45,146 bases of DNA from Candidatus Heimdallarchaeota archaeon (lineage in GTDB: Archaea > Asgardarchaeota > Heimdallarchaeia > JABLTI01): positions 1 through 45,146 of the forward strand of contig JAHLVW010000093.1 of the NCBI GenBank assembly GCA_019058275.1, in the 5' to 3' direction. Positions 28,938-39,809 of this stretch are shown one piece after another. The translations under genes and the position numbers were made by a program. Numbering within the stretch: position 1 is the first letter of the stretch; each line of letters begins with the position of its first letter. The notes under the pieces were generated by a model, which had not been told where the DNA came from, ran no database searches, and worked only from the letters and a program-made list of their open reading frames with translations.

Positions 28938-29894
28938 ATGAACAAGAGTCAGGAAAATGAGTTAAAAAAAGTATATTTGCAAAAATTACATAATGCAGGA
29001 TATAATACGGTGCCTGAATTAGTAGAAATGCTACCACCAACTATAATGAATATTCTTGATTCAAGTATAAACACCGCTGAGAGTCTTTTTGTTACAGCAC
29101 TAAAAGCACACATGAATAACATCCAAAACGAATTTCAGGGAGAACCTCCTGAGGGGATTAATAAAGCTCTAACAGATCTTGGATATATGACAATGCAAGA
29201 AATTTCAGAAGCAAATGCAACGATTATAGCAAAAACACTCAAAATTAGCCTAGCAAATGCAGGTGATATTGTTCTATATGCAATAGAGCTTTCAGTTGAA
29301 AGAGAGAAAATTGAGAAAAAAGATAGCAAGGAACTTGTTGATGATTTAGACAAAGAGATTTCACATCATTTAGGTCAATTAGATAGATCAGAACAAGAGA
29401 AAAAATTGAAAGTGCTTGTAGAAGATTCGGTGAAAAAAATACACGAAATAATTAAACTTCCATCAGAAGAACTAAAGATTGAAATTGAGCACAAGAATCA
29501 GATGCAGAAGGTCTTGGAACAATTCATGACAGTTTTTCCAGCATGTACAGGATTCGCGATTTACAACAAAAGAGGAGAGGGTATCTTCAGTTATGCTAAT
29601 GATAAAGATGCTAAAGCTACATTAGCAAATATACATGACAGTATTCCATCGCTATTCTGGAAAATCAGTTTAGCTCTAGAAGAAAAGGATGAGTACGGTT
29701 GGGTTAAAGCGCAACCTCACCTAGTTTGGATAGAATCTATTAGAGATAGGAATCAGAAAAGACAACTTGCCTATATTGGTTTATTTGTATTCGAAAGTGA
29801 ATCAAAAGATGGAGTAGGAACAGCAACACCTACAATTAAAGGAATAATAAAAGAAGTAGAGAGAATTATTTATGGAAGTGTAATTAAACGATAA
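28938..29894 (+). CDS. Protein with two RadA-N-like HhH repeats and a C-terminal roadblock/longin-like domain
   Basis: KLHNAGYNTVPEL and ALTDLGYMTMQEISEA repeats; CTGFAIYNKRGEGIF; AGGAGG SD. Confidence 0.55.
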   Translation: MNKSQENELKKVYLQKLHNAGYNTVPELVEMLPPTIMNILDSSINTAESLFVTALKAHMNNIQNEFQGEPPEGINKALTDLGYMTMQEISEANATIIAKTLKISLANAGDIVLYAIELSVEREKIEKKDSKELVDDLDKEISHHLGQLDRSEQEKKLKVLVEDSVKKIHEIIKLPSEELKIEIEHKNQMQKVLEQFMTVFPACTGFAIYNKRGEGIFSYANDKDAKATLANIHDSIPSLFWKISLALEEKDEYGWVKAQPHLVWIESIRDRNQKRQLAYIGLFVFESESKDGVGTATPTIKGIIKEVERIIYGSVIKR

Positions 29895-29900
29895 GATGAA

Positions 29901-30317
29901 TCATGTATTGTTATACATATTATAATCCTTTTTCATCTTTTCATTAAGGTTCTCTATTTCTCTTCCTCGTTTCTTTACTTTAATTGATGCTTCTTGTCCA
30001 GTTAATTCACGTTCAATTTTCATTATGTCAATTTTTGAGAGTTGTTTTCGAAGCATTTTCTTGTTAATCAATAATATAATTGTATCCTTAATTGTTTGAG
30101 CTATGTGAGGATTGTTCTTTGTTAACCAATCCAAATAAACTACTGCATCAGGTTCTAAGACGTTATTCACAATCATTGTAGCTTTAACTTTTCTATTCTT
30201 TATCTTGTTAAGTTCTTCTTCTCGTTTCTTCTGTACAAGCTCTTTCTTCAATGATTGTGAAAGAAGTTCACGTTTTCGTTTTTCACGAAGACTATCTAAT
30301 TCTTTATCATAGCTCAT
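29901..30317 (-). CDS. PDCD5-like DNA-binding protein (divergent)
   Basis: DKELDSLREKRKREL...NNVLEPDAVVYL...NPHIAQTI...IKVKKR. Confidence 0.65.
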   Translation of the reverse strand: MSYDKELDSLREKRKRELLSQSLKKELVQKKREEELNKIKNRKVKATMIVNNVLEPDAVVYLDWLTKNNPHIAQTIKDTIILLINKKMLRKQLSKIDIMKIERELTGQEASIKVKKRGREIENLNEKMKKDYNMYNNT

Positions 30318-30383
30318 ATTTAACACTCAGTTTTGTTGTTTCCACGTTTGATTGATAAGTCTTTTTGTAAAGTCAAACTTTAC

Positions 30384-31622
30384 TCACTCAATGTTTGCAT
30401 GACGTCCTTTCATTTCAGTTTCAGTAATACCTTTATGAATTGCTAACTGAGCAATTATACTTTCAATAACCACAGCAACTGCAAATTCGAATTGTGTTTC
30501 AATGAATGGTTTTGATTCTGAATATCTATTATACCAACTTTCTGGATCTAATCTGCCAGGAACTTTTATGAGGATATCAATTTTAGACCCAAATTTTGAA
30601 TCAATAAAAGATGTGAAACCAATAGTTGGCATACGTTTTTTCTTTGCTTCTGATACGAATTCATTTGTAAATGGTGTACTTCCACTACCACTTATAGCTA
30701 CCAATATATCATTTTTCTTCCTAAAACGCCAATCATCTTGCAAATGAATGTTATAACCAAGATGTTGAAATCTCATAGCATGCATTGATGCAATAATACC
30801 ACTTAATCCAGCACCAATCCAAAAGACCTTTTTTATTGAAGCAGGACTCAAATCAATAAACAATTCAAGAACTTTTACAATCTCATCCTGAGTTTTCTCT
30901 TTCTTTAGAATTCCTTGAACAGCTTTTTCTGCATTGCTTATAACCGCATCTACAGTACTTTGAAATGATCTAACAGGATCACTGTCACTACGAATCATCC
31001 CTACAAGTCCAATTGATACTAGCAAAGCTGATAACTCGAATAAAGTTCCCATTGGTGATAAAGAACTCTTCATTTCTTCTGGGATTTGGCTGAATGAAAA
31101 TACGTAATCCTTATCGGTTTCTATTTCAGGAGGTTCTTCAGCTCGTTGTAGTTTTTTAGATTTAGGAATAATCAAATGGATATCTGCAAATCTCCCTAAA
31201 CGAGATTTTTCATTTTGAGTAACTATAACAATTTTTGCTCCACCATCTACACAAACACCTACATTTGCTGCAGTTGTAGATGTCTTTCCAGAACCCGAGA
31301 AAGCAATAACAACATCATCAACAGAAACTGGTAAAGCTAGAGTTCTACCAATAATTGAAACTCTAAATCCCAAATCCTTTAACATCTCAGCAAAAAACTC
31401 AACTGCTCTTCCAGAACGACCCATGCCTGTTACATGAACTATATTGTGTTTCTTTTTAGTTTCATTTAGAAGAGTATAGATAGCTTCTAAACTCTCACTT
31501 TGGTTTAATATAGCTTTTCTTGTTCTTGAAGCCTGTGAAAGGAAAATATTACTTGCTCGAACAATTCCTCCAAAATCTCTTAGGTTTGGTTTTACTTCCT
31601 TTTGTTTGTTTTTATCATCCAT
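30384..31622 (-). CDS. Tandem-SIS 6-phospho-3-hexuloisomerase-like protein
   Basis: Two units, GMGRSG...FSGSGKT...PMGTLFE and GAGLSG...AMRF...ISGSGST...TQFE; C-terminal HANIE. Confidence 0.8.
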   Translation of the reverse strand: MDDKNKQKEVKPNLRDFGGIVRASNIFLSQASRTRKAILNQSESLEAIYTLLNETKKKHNIVHVTGMGRSGRAVEFFAEMLKDLGFRVSIIGRTLALPVSVDDVVIAFSGSGKTSTTAANVGVCVDGGAKIVIVTQNEKSRLGRFADIHLIIPKSKKLQRAEEPPEIETDKDYVFSFSQIPEEMKSSLSPMGTLFELSALLVSIGLVGMIRSDSDPVRSFQSTVDAVISNAEKAVQGILKKEKTQDEIVKVLELFIDLSPASIKKVFWIGAGLSGIIASMHAMRFQHLGYNIHLQDDWRFRKKNDILVAISGSGSTPFTNEFVSEAKKKRMPTIGFTSFIDSKFGSKIDILIKVPGRLDPESWYNRYSESKPFIETQFEFAVAVVIESIIAQLAIHKGITETEMKGRHANIE

Positions 31623-31867
31623 GCGATATACACCAGTTTGAGTGATTCTTCAACTTTTTCCTACTTCATCCTTTCAGATATTCAATCTTTTTAATTAAAC
31701 TACGAAAGTTTCACATTAAAAGTTCTTTTGTTAAAAAAAATAGCTCTTATCTAATAAGATTAATTGTAAATTCAAAAAAAAAGACAATACCTTAAATTCA
31801 TAAAGAGAGTGAATCTGAAAATAGTTAAATTAAATTAGTTGAATATTAATTAATTGAGTTGAAAGAA

Positions 31868-32749
31868 ATGGCTGAACCGTTTTGTGGATCGTTTGCTGTA
31901 AATGAAGTTGATTCAGCAGTAGATGTAGATGCAGTTATTGTTGGAGCACCTTATGAGGATAAATACGAAATCTATCCAGTGGGAACTGCATTAGCTCCAA
32001 AAAAGATTCGAGAAATTTCAACATTTTTCTCAGGACAATCTTTTTCAGAACAAAGTATACATCAACTTAATGTTTTAGATTTTGGAGACACAAGAGAGGG
32101 GTTATCATATCCAGATTTTCAAAATGAGTTCAGTGAGAAAATTGCAACTATATTACGAAAAAATGCTCTTCCAATAATTCTTGGTGGAGACCATTCAATT
32201 GCCCTTGGAACTGCTAAGGGCATTCAAAATAGTGGAATGGAATTTGACAGTATTGTTTGGATTGATGCTCATTTAGATTTAATGAATAAGTATCCAAATG
32301 GCAATAAATTCTCAAGGGCAACTGTTTTGAGACGAATTATTGAATTGGATAATTTTTCAACAAAACAAGTATACTTCATAGGTAGTAGAGGACACAATTT
32401 AGGTTGGGAAGAAATAGAATTTGTCAATAGTAACAAGATGAAGGTTTTAAAGGCAAACTCATTTAGCTTAGAAGATGAAATTGAGAATTTTATCAAAAAT
32501 ATAATTACAAAGCATAAGAATGTCTATGTCTCAGTTGATATTGATGTGCTAGATCCAGTATTTGCTCCAGGTATAAGTGTGCCAGAACCAGGTGGTCTCA
32601 CTTCAAGAGAACTATTTTCAATTATTGAAAAATTGGCAAAGGTTATTGGTTGCTTTGAAATTGTAGAAGTTAATCCCAAAATTGACATTAATAATTTAAC
32701 TTCGATGGTTGCTTGTAAAACAATTTTTAGTTTATTAGATGCAATTTAA
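31868..32749 (+). CDS. speB: Agmatinase / ureohydrolase
   Basis: GGDHS, WIDAHLD, SVDIDVLDP, PEPGG, EVNP. Confidence 0.88.
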   Translation: MAEPFCGSFAVNEVDSAVDVDAVIVGAPYEDKYEIYPVGTALAPKKIREISTFFSGQSFSEQSIHQLNVLDFGDTREGLSYPDFQNEFSEKIATILRKNALPIILGGDHSIALGTAKGIQNSGMEFDSIVWIDAHLDLMNKYPNGNKFSRATVLRRIIELDNFSTKQVYFIGSRGHNLGWEEIEFVNSNKMKVLKANSFSLEDEIENFIKNIITKHKNVYVSVDIDVLDPVFAPGISVPEPGGLTSRELFSIIEKLAKVIGCFEIVEVNPKIDINNLTSMVACKTIFSLLDAI

Positions 32750-32879
32750 GCTTTACACATCATACAGAAAATTCTTAAAACTATATCGCAAAATTATTTC
32801 AGAAGAAAAACGTATGTTAAACAATAAATTAGCATATTTCTAAATAAAAGACGAATTATACCTTATCGGGGTTCATAAA

Positions 32880-33926
32880 ATGAAACCATTATTACCTGTT
32901 GAAGACATTCAAAAAAGATTAAAAAAATACCTAATAGATACAGGTAATCTTTGGAAATTAATCCCACAAGATGCTAAGCTTCTATTTATTAAAACGCCAG
33001 AACAAATACAATCTGGAATGTCAAATAAAGTATACTTTTTGGATATACTATTTGAGGTAATGAATAGAGAAATTAGAAAGAGTGTTGTTTTACGTATATA
33101 TCCAGAAAAACACGATCCTCTTAAACCTCAAAGAGAATTCAGCAAATTAGGGAGATTGCAAGGAGCACCAATACCTACTCCAAAACCATATGTTCTCGAG
33201 ACAAAACCTGATATTCTAGGTTATCCATTTTCGATTATAGAACGAATCCCTGGAGAAACATTAGAAAAAGCAATTAAACGATATACACCTGATGATTTCA
33301 AGAAATTTATTCCTAGTTTTGCGCAATATTTAGTAAATTTGCACAATTATAGATTCAAGAATTATGGAGTTGAAACTCCAAAAGGTATTATAAAAGAAGA
33401 AATACCATATGATCGTTTTATTCTTCATGATATTAATCGATCTTTAAACTTCTTGAGTAAGGCTGGTTATTTTGTAGATCCTTTAGCAAAATGGTTCATG
33501 TCCTTTAAGAAGCAATTGAAACTTGATCGATTTTCATTACTTCATGGTGATCCACAACCAAGAAATATTATGGTTCATGGGGCTAAAATAACTGGACTTA
33601 TAGACTGGGAATACTCGAGATTAGGTGATCCTGCACTTGATGCAGGCTGGACTCTTTTCTTCTTCTCACTCTACCCGGAGTTAAACAATTTCCGACATGA
33701 TTTCTATAACAATTATATTACTAAAGTAAAACTCCCTGAAATAAGCAATCGAATCTTCTTCTATGAAGTTTACACAGCATCAAGAATGATGGCTTTTGCA
33801 GTGAGTGCGAGAGACTATTCTACAGAGAAGTTTAAAGAAAGTGGAGTATTTCTTAGCAAAATTCAAGAAGCATTTTTCAAATATGAAGAGAGAATTCGTA
33901 ATATTACTATGAATGGCAGATTCTAG
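32880..33926 (+). CDS. Aminoglycoside-phosphotransferase-like kinase
   Basis: LHGDPQPRN, IDWE, GDPALD. Confidence 0.88.
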   Translation: MKPLLPVEDIQKRLKKYLIDTGNLWKLIPQDAKLLFIKTPEQIQSGMSNKVYFLDILFEVMNREIRKSVVLRIYPEKHDPLKPQREFSKLGRLQGAPIPTPKPYVLETKPDILGYPFSIIERIPGETLEKAIKRYTPDDFKKFIPSFAQYLVNLHNYRFKNYGVETPKGIIKEEIPYDRFILHDINRSLNFLSKAGYFVDPLAKWFMSFKKQLKLDRFSLLHGDPQPRNIMVHGAKITGLIDWEYSRLGDPALDAGWTLFFFSLYPELNNFRHDFYNNYITKVKLPEISNRIFFYEVYTASRMMAFAVSARDYSTEKFKESGVFLSKIQEAFFKYEERIRNITMNGRF

Positions 33927-34152
33927 TAAACTTCATGTTATGGTGTGCTTTACGAAATTTGTGAGATACTACCCAGACCAACCAGAAGGTTGGTACGAAT
34001 TAGCTCGGATACAAGCATATTTAGGTCTTTTCCGAACTGCTCAAAAAACACTTTACAGATGTTTAGAAATAACTAGTGAATATTATCTTGTTGCCTTTTT
34101 GATTTATTTCATTTTGTATTCATTCATATTTTCAATAAATTACAGTACTTAA
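33913..34152 (+). pseudogene. Probable truncated TPR-like gene fragment
   Basis: YPDQPEGWYELARIQAYLG...RCLEI is one TPR unit; the sequence becomes T-rich and non-coding-like after ~34085. Confidence 0.4.
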
Positions 34153-34360
34153 TTTTTCATTAATAAGTCTAAGAACAACTCATAATGTGGTTTTACATCT
34201 TATTATCATTACAGCTCTAACAAAAAACTGTTCTACTCGAGATTAAAAAACACCACAAAAAGAATTTTGAGAAATTAATTAGCTCAATAGTATAGTGTAA
34301 TTGTTAAACTTTCTGACAAAAAACCAAAATTATTAAGAACCTTGATTACTACATTATCTA

Positions 34361-35995
34361 TTGAAGGAAATAGTATTTTTATGGAGGATGATGAGTGTGA
34401 ATAAGAAAATTCACTTAACTATTATTATATTTCTATCATTGATTATTGTCTCATCTACAATTCTACTAATAAATTATAGTGAAATTTATCGGTCTGATTA
34501 TCTTCTGGATAAGAAAGTACCGGGAATTGTTAAAGGGACAGCGAGAATGGTTGATACTGAAGCATACTTTACTAAGTATGAGCTTCAAGAAAGCTCTCTC
34601 AAGCTTGATTTAGTATGTAATAACTCGAATAATCTGCGAATCTCTGTTGGGTATAAGAATCCCACAGAAGCGTTAGTAATAGCAGAGAATCCAATTAAGG
34701 AGTTATTGATTTGGTCTGATGAGGACATTTATCCAAAGTTTAGTTTTGATTATAAATTGCAGGAAGAATCATTAACAAGTGATTTGAAAAGAATCACTAA
34801 AGAATGGAACTTACTCGATTTAGGTTTTAATTCAGGTGAGTATGTCAAAGCTGATGAACGCATCTGGTTTCTAAGAATAAAGGATATTAGTGGGGGACCT
34901 TATGGATACGAGAAAAACATCACTGTTGAAGTAAATGGTTCATTATACTCAATACCAGAGTTTATCTCTAATATCCATCATATCGAGGAATTCAAATTAG
35001 TCTTTAATAAGCTGATTTTTGAAACAATGCTTTACCCATTCTTTGATGGGAGTAGGGAAATTGTCGTTCCAATACGTGGCGTAAACCATGAGCTTGCAAA
35101 AGAGGATGAAAAAACAGCTTTAGAGATCAATGGTTTGAATGCGAATAGCTGGTCAACCACAACACCAGGAACAGGTAGCAGTAGTTTATGGGCTATAGTC
35201 TTCGGAACAGCTAATTATGTGGCTCGTACTATGGATGACATGCTATATCCCCCTATGGAAGCTCGAAGCTTCATTCTTGGATGTGCGAAATCTTCAGCAC
35301 CAGATATGTACAAAGTCGGAATTATGGATTACGGTTGGCGTGTTGCTTACTGTATGGATGGAGATGAAGATCAGACGGATATACCTACATGCGATCAAAC
35401 AGATGATGATTTCTTGGAGGATATGTTTGCTTTTGCTGATGACCAATTAGGTTTGACTGGCAAATTGATTGTATTCACAGTTGGACATGGGTGGAGTGTT
35501 GGAGGTAACCATATAACGATTTGTGGTAATAGCAGAATTGTTTTTGCTTTTTGGATTAATGTTGTAAGGTTAAGTGAATACGAAGATATGATTGATGACA
35601 TAATAACCGATGGAACACATGTCTTACTTTGGATAGGTGCGAGTTTTGGAGATGGGTTAGACGAGTTTAGCTCTGGAGATCACAATAATAAATTGGAGAG
35701 CTGGAGCTATCAACCAAGACTTATAGGAAATCCATCTTTTGGTGTTACCACGGATTATACATATGAAACTTTTGTTTGGAGCTATAGTAGACCAGATCTA
35801 ATCGTTTTACCTCAATCGGGACCAGCTTTTCTATTCTTTGATGCTTCTCAAGGAACATGTGAAGTCACAGTAACAGAAACTGGCGAAGTCTATCAAGATT
35901 ATTATAATGATGAATACGAATCGGAGAATACAGAAATGTACATTCAATCAACTTGGCCTACTTACTACTATTTCTACATAAATTGGGGATATTAA
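34361..35995 (+). CDS. Membrane-anchored/secreted protein with P-domain-like region and caspase/legumain-fold domain (Cys position is Ser)
   Basis: N-terminal TM; WFLRIKD...IEEFKL; LWAIVFG..Y, LIVFTVGHG, LLWIGASFG; true start probably 34388-34397. Confidence 0.55.
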   Translation: MKEIVFLWRMMSVNKKIHLTIIIFLSLIIVSSTILLINYSEIYRSDYLLDKKVPGIVKGTARMVDTEAYFTKYELQESSLKLDLVCNNSNNLRISVGYKNPTEALVIAENPIKELLIWSDEDIYPKFSFDYKLQEESLTSDLKRITKEWNLLDLGFNSGEYVKADERIWFLRIKDISGGPYGYEKNITVEVNGSLYSIPEFISNIHHIEEFKLVFNKLIFETMLYPFFDGSREIVVPIRGVNHELAKEDEKTALEINGLNANSWSTTTPGTGSSSLWAIVFGTANYVARTMDDMLYPPMEARSFILGCAKSSAPDMYKVGIMDYGWRVAYCMDGDEDQTDIPTCDQTDDDFLEDMFAFADDQLGLTGKLIVFTVGHGWSVGGNHITICGNSRIVFAFWINVVRLSEYEDMIDDIITDGTHVLLWIGASFGDGLDEFSSGDHNNKLESWSYQPRLIGNPSFGVTTDYTYETFVWSYSRPDLIVLPQSGPAFLFFDASQGTCEVTVTETGEVYQDYYNDEYESENTEMYIQSTWPTYYYFYINWGY

Positions 35996-36034
35996 TTAGT
36001 ATTTCCAAACTAAAAAAACTAAATGTGAATTGAA

Positions 36035-36382
36035 ATGGAAAAAACAGAAACTACATTTGAACAAGAAAATACTAAGCAAAAACAAAGTAAATTCACAGAT
36101 AGTCCTGTTTTTGCTTGAGCATCATTCATAATTGGGATTACAGCAATCATAATCACAGGCATTCTCATGATATTATCAGGATATGCGCCAATAAGTACTA
36201 TATCTCTTATTATATTATCGGTTTTGACCTTAGTATTGACGATAGTAGGTGTAATTTTTGGTGGATTATCTTTTAGAAAGGGGATAAATGTATTTAGTAT
36301 AATAGGATTTATCTTGAATCTTTTCTTAGTTGCAGCTCTACCATATGGAATATATCAATTAATTCGATTACTCTTAAAATGA
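36035..36382 (+). pseudogene. Small three-TM membrane protein with an internal in-frame TGA (36116-36118)
   Basis: ATG 36035 reads MEKTET...SPVFA*ASFIIGIT... in frame into the 36167 ORF. Confidence 0.6.
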
Positions 36383-36512
36383 TCTCAAGTAATTCTTTGG
36401 TACCCCTTTCCTTTTCTTTTTTTAGCTCTTTTTAAACCAAATTCTCGGAGGAGAAAGCTGAGATGATAGCAGATGCGAGGAAAAATTATCTTTCTTCTAT
36501 AAGACTTAGTTT

Positions 36513-38150
36513 CTATCTTAATGATGGAAATATCAATCTAACTCTAATAAAACAGAATTCTGTCACAAAGGAAAAAAGAACTGAATTGTATAATGTACGT
36601 TTTGACGAAATTGGAATAGCTAAATACTCTCTTAGTGTTCTACGAAATTTTTCTAGTGATTGATTTGGTAATCCAATAATGAGAAAATAACCCTTTCTTA
36701 CTTGTAATCCTTTTAATAAATTAAGTAAGTCACTAGTTGGATGAGTGTCTATGAGACATGAAGTTTTGTGTGAATGAAAAGAGAGCTTAGGATAATCTTG
36801 GTAGAATTGAGCTGAAGAATGATTTGTGAGGTTAAAAAGTTGGTGTAGAGTTAGAATTGGAATCGGAGAGGAATTGCGTTCATAGTGTGAAAAAATACTT
36901 TGACTAATGTTTAATTTTATTGCAATTTCTTCTTGAGTAAAAGGTAAACGAAGGTTCTGAATATATTCTCCAAGACCTGAGACGCTTAATTGTGGAAGTC
37001 GAAAAAAGTCGAAATAACCATTATTAGAAAGCTGCTCTTTGTAGCCGAAAACTTGATGCTTCCTTTGTCCTTGCTCTTTTCGAGCTATCGATCGAGGTTG
37101 TATGACTTTTTGTTGGAAAAGTTTCTTACGTTCTTGTTGTTTTTGAGTTTGATTAGAACTTATCAAATGCATGAATTTCTTACGTTCCGTGGGAAGAATA
37201 CGTATTTGAAAACCAATTCCATAGTTAGTTTCATTTCGAGAAAAATTGCATTTGATATTTTCATTAGCTAAAAAAATTCTGAAATCTTTTGTCAATCGTT
37301 CAGATGCTGATACAAAACTTATCCCTGTTTTATAACTTCCATCTGCATCCATCAACCCACACCAGAAAGCTTTTTGGTAAAGGTCAGTTTCTCTAAAAAT
37401 AAGTGGTTCTCTCAGGGAAGGATATTTTCGTATTGCAATTGGTTGTCCAGAAAGAAAATTAAAGAAACGAACAAGCCATTTACCCAAAATATTAACATTC
37501 CAGGCTTGAGCATTTTGCTGTTTGAAAAATTCAGTTCGTGAGCAAAATGTTTCTTTTAATAACTTGACTAAATTCTCAATATGCTCTTTAGAGTTGTCTA
37601 TGATATTAATAAAATAGTCAACAAGATGTCCATCACCCATAATAACACCCGTAAGATAAGCTAAATCTTCTGTAAGGTATAGTGGTAGCTGGAAATTTTC
37701 ACCTCAGGCGGACTGGAATGGTATGAATTGTTTTCCTTGAAAGAAATCTTCCCAGGAGCTAAACAACCGGAAAAGAGGAAAGGGGAGTCGTTGTTGTTCT
37801 TCTAAATAGGAAATGATTCTCTTTTGCCAGTTATGAATGGACTTTGAAATATTTGAATCGGTAAAATAACAGAAGATTTTCTCAGCTAAGACAAGTGAAT
37901 TCTTTCTAATTTTATTAATCCATACTCTGTCTAATTTTATGTAAGGAAATGATTGCAAAATTCGTTCTCCAGAAACAAAATCCACTTTACGAATCATAAT
38001 TGGATAAAGCTGAATTTGTCCTGTTGATGTTAGAAACCTCTCACTTTGACTAGTTTCTAGTAACTCATTTGCAGTTAACCAATTGTTTTGTTTCATTGGT
38101 GTAGGATCAAAAAGTAGTGGGGCAGTTTGCCAGTTCAAGAATTCAGTCAT
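36513..38150 (-). pseudogene. LAGLIDADG + XRE-HTH protein (paralog of 25-1668) interrupted by an in-frame TGA at 37704-37706
   Basis: MTEFLNWQTAPLLFD vs MTVLNWRNDPLLFD; FQSA*GENF...AYLTGVIMGDGHL; AFWCGLMDADGSY; FTQEEIAIKLNISQSIFSHYER; 545 codons if read through. Confidence 0.85.
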
Positions 38151-38321
38151 CTAGCTTCTCCTGAAATACTATTGCTGCTTTCCTTTCTTAAACACCTCTT
38201 TGTACTGTTGTACGAATTATTAATTATTTAACTATTCTTTTAAAGAAACGATTATTACTCTCGGTAAACTCCTTATAAAAATACTATATATCTAGCTGTA
38301 TATATATTTTATTGAAGAAAA

Positions 38322-39730
38322 ATGTCCTCTCATACAAACAAGAACAACCTCCAAAAATCCTACAAGTTCAAAGTGGTACTTCCCGAAAACAAACAAAATA
38401 ATTTGTATTATTTCAAACAATTGATACAAGAAGCTTCTCATGAATTACTTGAGAAAGTCTGGACAGAAGATTGGGTTGATAAATTAGGAATTAACAATAA
38501 AAAAGCTTACAAGGTCATCAATGAAGCACAAGTACAACTCGAACGAGAAGGACAATTAGTCTATCTCCCCTCAAGAATCAGAAGGGGAATAGCTGAACGA
38601 GTAGGAAGAATCCTTCAAGGGCAATACAAACGAATGAACTGCTATTTTGACTGTTTGAAAACTATCGAACAAATTGGTATAGATGCTCATGAAGCCAAAC
38701 TGGTGAAAATTGTGCAACAAACGTTTCGCACGAAGAATAACTACCCCACTTACAAAAAAATCATGGCGCAGCAAACCATCCGCATGCTGAAGAACTGGTA
38801 TGAAAAACTAGCAATAGATTTTGAGATGTTCAAATATACTGATTTCGTAAATCAAGAAGTGAAGCGATTCGCTTTTCCCTATGGACCAGATGATGGGCAA
38901 GCAATACAATATGTTTGTGGTGAGCAAAGTATTTGTCATAGAATGAAATTGCCAGTCATCCCACAACCAAAGAGTAAACAAGACTGGCAATGGGTTGAGA
39001 GCGAGGTAGTCATCCCAGCAAAAATTCAGAAAAAAATACAACAAGCATTATCTGAGCAACCAAAAAAACCAATGTTACTTATAAAAACCTTAAAGGGAGG
39101 ATTAAGGCACTTCTTCTTGCAATTTCCCTGGGAGTTTCCGAAACAACCCAAAAAAGAAGAACAGACTGAAAGAGCACTCGCAGTAGACCTCGGGCTAAAG
39201 AAAATTGCTACAGCAGTAGTGTGTGAGACTGGAGAACAGCTTAGTAAGCCTATCTATATCAAACTTAAGGGAAGACAGTATAGGCACATAGAAGAAATTT
39301 ACTTGCATATCGCAAGCATCCAAACACAGTTATCAAAACTAAAAGACAGGAAACGATTAGAAAACACCATGATAACTAAAAAAGAAGAACGGAGAAGACT
39401 CTATAGCAAAAGAAATCGTCTAGGAGATGAATTGGTAAACATTTCAGTGAATCAATTAATTCAATTGGCACTTGACTGGAAGTGCTCAAAAATCATAATC
39501 GAGGATTTACGCAACTATAAACCACCGCATGGAAGAAGAAGCTGGTCACGGAGATTAAGCGAATGGCTCAGAGGAAGGATCGCTCACACCCTTGAGTACA
39601 AATGCCAAGAAAAAGGGTTGTGTTTGCAGAAAGTGTGCCCCTTGAACACATCATCACATTGTCCAAGATGCACAAAAGAAGGATTAAAGGTAAAAGGACC
39701 AAATGACCTTGCAGCTGACCCAAAAGGGAC
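38322..39730 (+). mobile_element. tnpB: TnpB-like (IS200/IS605-family) RNA-guided nuclease, C-terminally truncated, no TnpA nearby
   Basis: RuvC-I LAVDLG (D at 39186), RuvC-II IIIEDL (E at 39501), NTSSHCPRC; no second CxxC and no DxNAAxNI RuvC-III motif. Confidence 0.85.
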
Positions 39731-39809
39731 TCGTTGTGGTAACTGGGTATGGATAACTTTTTCAATCACTGTTGAAATATTTGTCCAGAAAAAAGAAACG
39801 GTAAATAAA

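Noticed and set aside
36455-36470. GCTGAGATG shared with the 3778 region
   Set aside because: A 9-nt match with no extension is expected by chance in 45 kb
36463-36663. 66-aa plus-strand ORF with a GGAGGAG SD-like sequence
   Set aside because: Largely antisense to the LAGLIDADG paralog's C-terminus; no motif
36116-37706. Selenocysteine or genome-wide TGA recoding
   Set aside because: Neither TGA is in a redox or Cys-conserved context, and TGA ends conserved genes such as bud32 at the expected position
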